From: an uncultured bacterium
GTDB taxonomy: Bacteria > UBP4 > UBA4092
Direction: 5' to 3'
DNA length: 20,000 nt
NCBI GenBank assembly: GCA_964644695.1
Contig: CAZXWN010000001.1
Location: 818,390 to 838,389 of the forward strand
Of this stretch, positions 17,122 through 20,000 are shown one piece after another (positions within the stretch are counted from its first letter, which is position 1; every line of letters begins with the position of its first letter). The position numbers and the translations under genes were made by a program. The notes beneath the pieces were generated by a model, which saw only the letters and a list, made by a program, of their open reading frames with translations, ran no database searches and was not told the origin of the DNA.

Positions 17122-18186
17122 ATGAAAGACGAAACTATCAACAGGCGAGAATTTATAATCCGTGGTGCAGCTGCCACACTGGCAGGCACGACGGCTTTCA
17201 GTTTATTATCCGCCGCCAAACCCAGGACATCACCCATGAAAACAAAACCATCAGACTTCTCCTTCATACATTTAACCGATATCCATGTTCGTTATAAACG
17301 AAAAGGCGATGTAGGATACCAGAAATGTATCTCTACCATTAAGGAGCTAAAACAGAAGCCCGATTTAGCCATTATGGGTGGAGATTTGGCTTTCGATGGA
17401 AATTACACCGATAAGGCAGAATTCATCCGGTCTATTGAACTCTACAAAACTATCTCGGATGAGATGGGGATCCCCTATTACAATTGCCTGGGGAATCATG
17501 ACCATCTGGGATATTCTTCGAGAAGGAAATGTGCTCCCGATGACCCGGAGATCGGCAAGAAATGTATCATGGACAGATTGGGGATGAAAGACAGTTATTA
17601 CAGTTTCGACCATAAAGGATGGCATTTTGTCATATTAGACTCAGCCTATCCAATCGAAACACCTACCGGCCCGTCACAAGCAGTGAAATTGGGGAAAGAA
17701 CAACTGGAATGGCTGGCATACGACCTGGGTGCCCATCATGGAATGCCTACGGTAGCCTGTATTCATGTAGCCGCCTTCTGTGAAATTGGAACACATAACG
17801 GGGACAAAGAATTTAATCCCATTAAATCCGGCATGGTTATTGAGGATACCCGGGAACTTCAGAAAATTTTGGAACGGCACAAAGTGAAAGCCTTACTACA
17901 GGGTCATGGCCACATGACGGAAGAATATGGATTTAATGGCGTGTGGTATATCACCACCCAATCCGCAGGAGCCTGTTGGTGGGCGGGTGAATGGCTCGGA
18001 TTCAAACCGGGATATACCGTATTTCATTGTCATGGGGACCAGCTGACATGGGATCGAGTCACTTATGAGCTGGATTATTATCTGGAACCAGAAGACGATT
18101 TGGAACGAAAACTGACCGCCCAATATAAAGAATCACTGAAAGAACAGGCCGAACTCCTGCAGAAAGAGATTGCTGGGAAAAAATAA
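17122..18186 (+). CDS. Tat-exported calcineurin-like metallophosphoesterase (CpdA/Icc-like)
   Basis: Tat motif NRREFI plus hydrophobic stretch from ATG 17122. Motifs TDIH, GGD, GNHD, IH and GHGH. Confidence 0.88.
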   Translation: MKDETINRREFIIRGAAATLAGTTAFSLLSAAKPRTSPMKTKPSDFSFIHLTDIHVRYKRKGDVGYQKCISTIKELKQKPDLAIMGGDLAFDGNYTDKAEFIRSIELYKTISDEMGIPYYNCLGNHDHLGYSSRRKCAPDDPEIGKKCIMDRLGMKDSYYSFDHKGWHFVILDSAYPIETPTGPSQAVKLGKEQLEWLAYDLGAHHGMPTVACIHVAAFCEIGTHNGDKEFNPIKSGMVIEDTRELQKILERHKVKALLQGHGHMTEEYGFNGVWYITTQSAGACWWAGEWLGFKPGYTVFHCHGDQLTWDRVTYELDYYLEPEDDLERKLTAQYKESLKEQAELLQKEIAGKK

Positions 18187-18278
18187 TTTATTTATTTTTC
18201 AAATTCCTTCTTATCAGAATACCTTTTTTGGATTAAGATACAAAAAGGGAGAAAGAAAAGAGTTAGGAGGAATAGGCA

Positions 18279-19142
18279 ATGGAACGACGAGCGCTAGGCA
18301 AAACGGGAGAAAGTCTTTCAATTCTGGGATTTGGTGGGATTCTGGTGATGAATTCCACACAGGCACATGCTAACTCATTAGTTGCAAAAGCGATCCATCA
18401 TGGAATCAATTATTTCGATGTTGCACCCACCTATGGAGATGCTGAAGATCGTCTGGGCCCTGCCCTTCAACCTTACCGAAACAATGTTTTTCTGGCCTGT
18501 AAAACGAGCCGAAGAACCGCTGCGGCCTCAGAGAAAGAGCTTCACGATTCATTAAAGAAACTCCGCACTGACCATTTCGACTTATATCAACTTCACGCCC
18601 TGAACAGTATTGATGAAACCAAACAAGCCCTCGGTAAGGGTGGAGTCCTTGAAACCCTCCTGAAGGCCCGAGAAAAAGGACTCATCCGATATCTGGGATT
18701 CTCCGCTCATGATGTTCCTGCAGCTCTTTATGCCATGAAACACTTTGATTTTGATACGGTATTGTTCCCCTGTAATTTTATTCTGTATGAAAAAGGTAAC
18801 TTCGGCCCCAGTATCAAACAGGAGGCACAGTCCCGTGGTATGGGAATGCTGGCGCTCAAATCCATGGCACTCACGAAATGGGCTGAGGGAACGGATGACC
18901 ATCCTTATCCCAAGTGTTGGTATGAACCGATAACGGATATTGAACTGGCGCATCTGGCGCTCCGATTCACGTTAGGTGAAGGGGTCACAGCACTGTTATC
19001 ACCCGGGGAAGAAAAGTTTTTCCAAATTGCTCTGGATTATCTCAGCCAGGGATACACACCCCTGACAGACGAGGAACGAGACTTCCTGAAACAAGAGGCT
19101 AAATCAACGACTCCCTTGTTCAGTAACACTGGGGTAAAATAA
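18279..19142 (+). CDS. Aldo/keto reductase
   Basis: RRALGKTG, LGFGG, FDVAPTYG (Asp/Tyr), ACK (Lys), DLYQLH (His) and GFSAH. AGGAGG RBS. Confidence 0.93.
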   Translation: MERRALGKTGESLSILGFGGILVMNSTQAHANSLVAKAIHHGINYFDVAPTYGDAEDRLGPALQPYRNNVFLACKTSRRTAAASEKELHDSLKKLRTDHFDLYQLHALNSIDETKQALGKGGVLETLLKAREKGLIRYLGFSAHDVPAALYAMKHFDFDTVLFPCNFILYEKGNFGPSIKQEAQSRGMGMLALKSMALTKWAEGTDDHPYPKCWYEPITDIELAHLALRFTLGEGVTALLSPGEEKFFQIALDYLSQGYTPLTDEERDFLKQEAKSTTPLFSNTGVK

Positions 19143-19179
19143 TCCTAAATAAATTATTGAAGATAAAAAGAGTTTCCTC

Positions 19180-19677
19180 ATGTCTGTCAACTCATATCAT
19201 CCTTGTTACTGGTTTTACTCCGGCCAGAAAGAAAAAATGGAGAAACAATACGGTATCATCATGTGGGATGACCGAGACCCGGAACGGAAGGACCTGGAGG
19301 GAACACCCAGTTCGTATATCTTCGAGAAAACCAGACCCTGTCAGGTCTCTTTGGGGAAACTTGTTATCCAGAGAAAACATAACCAGTTCTATCTGGTAGA
19401 TAAAGGCTATCGAGTCGCAAGGGCTCACATTAACATCTACCAAGAGGTCTATGGAGATATCAGTATTGAGACCCTCGAACCGTACCGTCGACAGGGGTAT
19501 GCCACTCTATTGTTTGGCTGGGTCAGCGATTGGCTAAACCATAAGGGCCTTCTTCACATCAGTACCTGTTCCATTGATAACAAGGCGTCCATCCGAATGC
19601 ATGAAAAGCTGGGTTTCATTGTGACCGGTCACATCCGTTGGGCGCGGAGGGATACCCTTCCATCAATTCTGAAGTGA
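19180..19677 (+). CDS. GNAT-family N-acetyltransferase
   Basis: Motif A ETLEPYRRQGYA and motif B NKASIRMHEKLGF. Confidence 0.85.
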   Translation: MSVNSYHPCYWFYSGQKEKMEKQYGIIMWDDRDPERKDLEGTPSSYIFEKTRPCQVSLGKLVIQRKHNQFYLVDKGYRVARAHINIYQEVYGDISIETLEPYRRQGYATLLFGWVSDWLNHKGLLHISTCSIDNKASIRMHEKLGFIVTGHIRWARRDTLPSILK

Positions 19678-20000
19678 TGCCATAAACTCCTTAAACCAGT
19701 CCTGGTCGCGAACATTATCTAAATCTTCATCCGTCATTAAGTGATTTTTATCTGGAAGTCTCCCAGCTTCTTTCGATTTTAATAACCATTTCTGACATTC
19801 AGCTGGATTTCCTCTCAATGATTCGATACAGGCTAATCTATAAAATCCAAATCCTTTGGATTGCTTCAGTTTTTCAATAGCTTCTAGATATAATAGGTCC
19901 GCTTCTTCTCCCTGTTTCCCTCTAGCTTGTACATATAGCGCTAGGCCCCAGTTGTAGTAGGCTTCATGATAATCAGATTTGAGCTCTACGGCTTTTCCAT
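19663..20000 (-). CDS. C-terminus of a TPR protein ending in a 'TPR end-of-group'-type cap; 5' end outside the window
   Basis: Not in the ORF track; translated by hand: ...GKAVELKSDYHEAYYNWGLALYVQARGKQGEEADLLYLEAIEKL...YRLACIESLRGNPAECQKWL...LPDKNHLMTDEDLDNVRDQDWFKEFMASLQN*. The stop at 19665-19663 overlaps the GNAT 3' end by 15 bp. Confidence 0.85.
   Translation of the reverse strand, partial: GKAVELKSDYHEAYYNWGLALYVQARGKQGEEADLLYLEAIEKLKQSKGFGFYRLACIESLRGNPAECQKWLLKSKEAGRLPDKNHLMTDEDLDNVRDQDWFKEFMASLQN

Noticed and set aside
1883..19443. Many short (60-140 aa) alternative-frame or antisense ORFs in the track
   Set aside because: Nearly all overlap well-supported genes, and none shows a recognisable motif.
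19620..19633. 14-bp palindrome TGTGACCGGTCACA (CRP-like halves; shares GGTCACA with the pckA leader)
   Set aside because: It lies inside the GNAT coding region near its 3' end, and the spacer is 4 rather than 6. Chance is a plausible explanation.
1..20000. CRISPR array, tRNA/rRNA, transposase, integrase, prophage or recoding (Sec, frameshift)
   Set aside because: I saw no spaced direct repeats, RNA gene signatures, mobile-element genes or interrupted reading frames. The Prx active-site codon is TGT, not TGA.

Overview
Bacterial chromosomal window (roughly 43% GC by eye, densely coding) of mostly housekeeping and metabolic genes. It holds a truncated HEAT/TPR protein, a YfcE-type metallophosphoesterase, an exported peroxiredoxin-like protein, a DUF2157 + GDYXXLXY membrane pair, a GAF histidine kinase with a Cys-rich N-terminus plus a stand-alone receiver, a CarD-like factor, recA-recX, M28-like and M19 peptidases, a ferritin-like protein and pckA. 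A co-oriented sugar block follows (FGGY pentulose kinase, FucI-family isomerase, Tat metallophosphoesterase, aldo/keto reductase), then a GNAT and the C-terminus of a TPR protein. I see no CRISPR array, rRNA, tRNA, integrase or transposase, and I cannot claim a clearly new multi-gene system. The best leads are proteins with altered key residues (CarD lacking its Trp wedge and basic patch, an M28 homolog lacking two Zn ligands, a Prx lacking the PxxxTxxC proline), the Cys4 kinase module, a probable D-arabinose/D-ribulose route, and several unusual intergenic palindromes or hairpins. All family calls come from motif recognition, not database searches.
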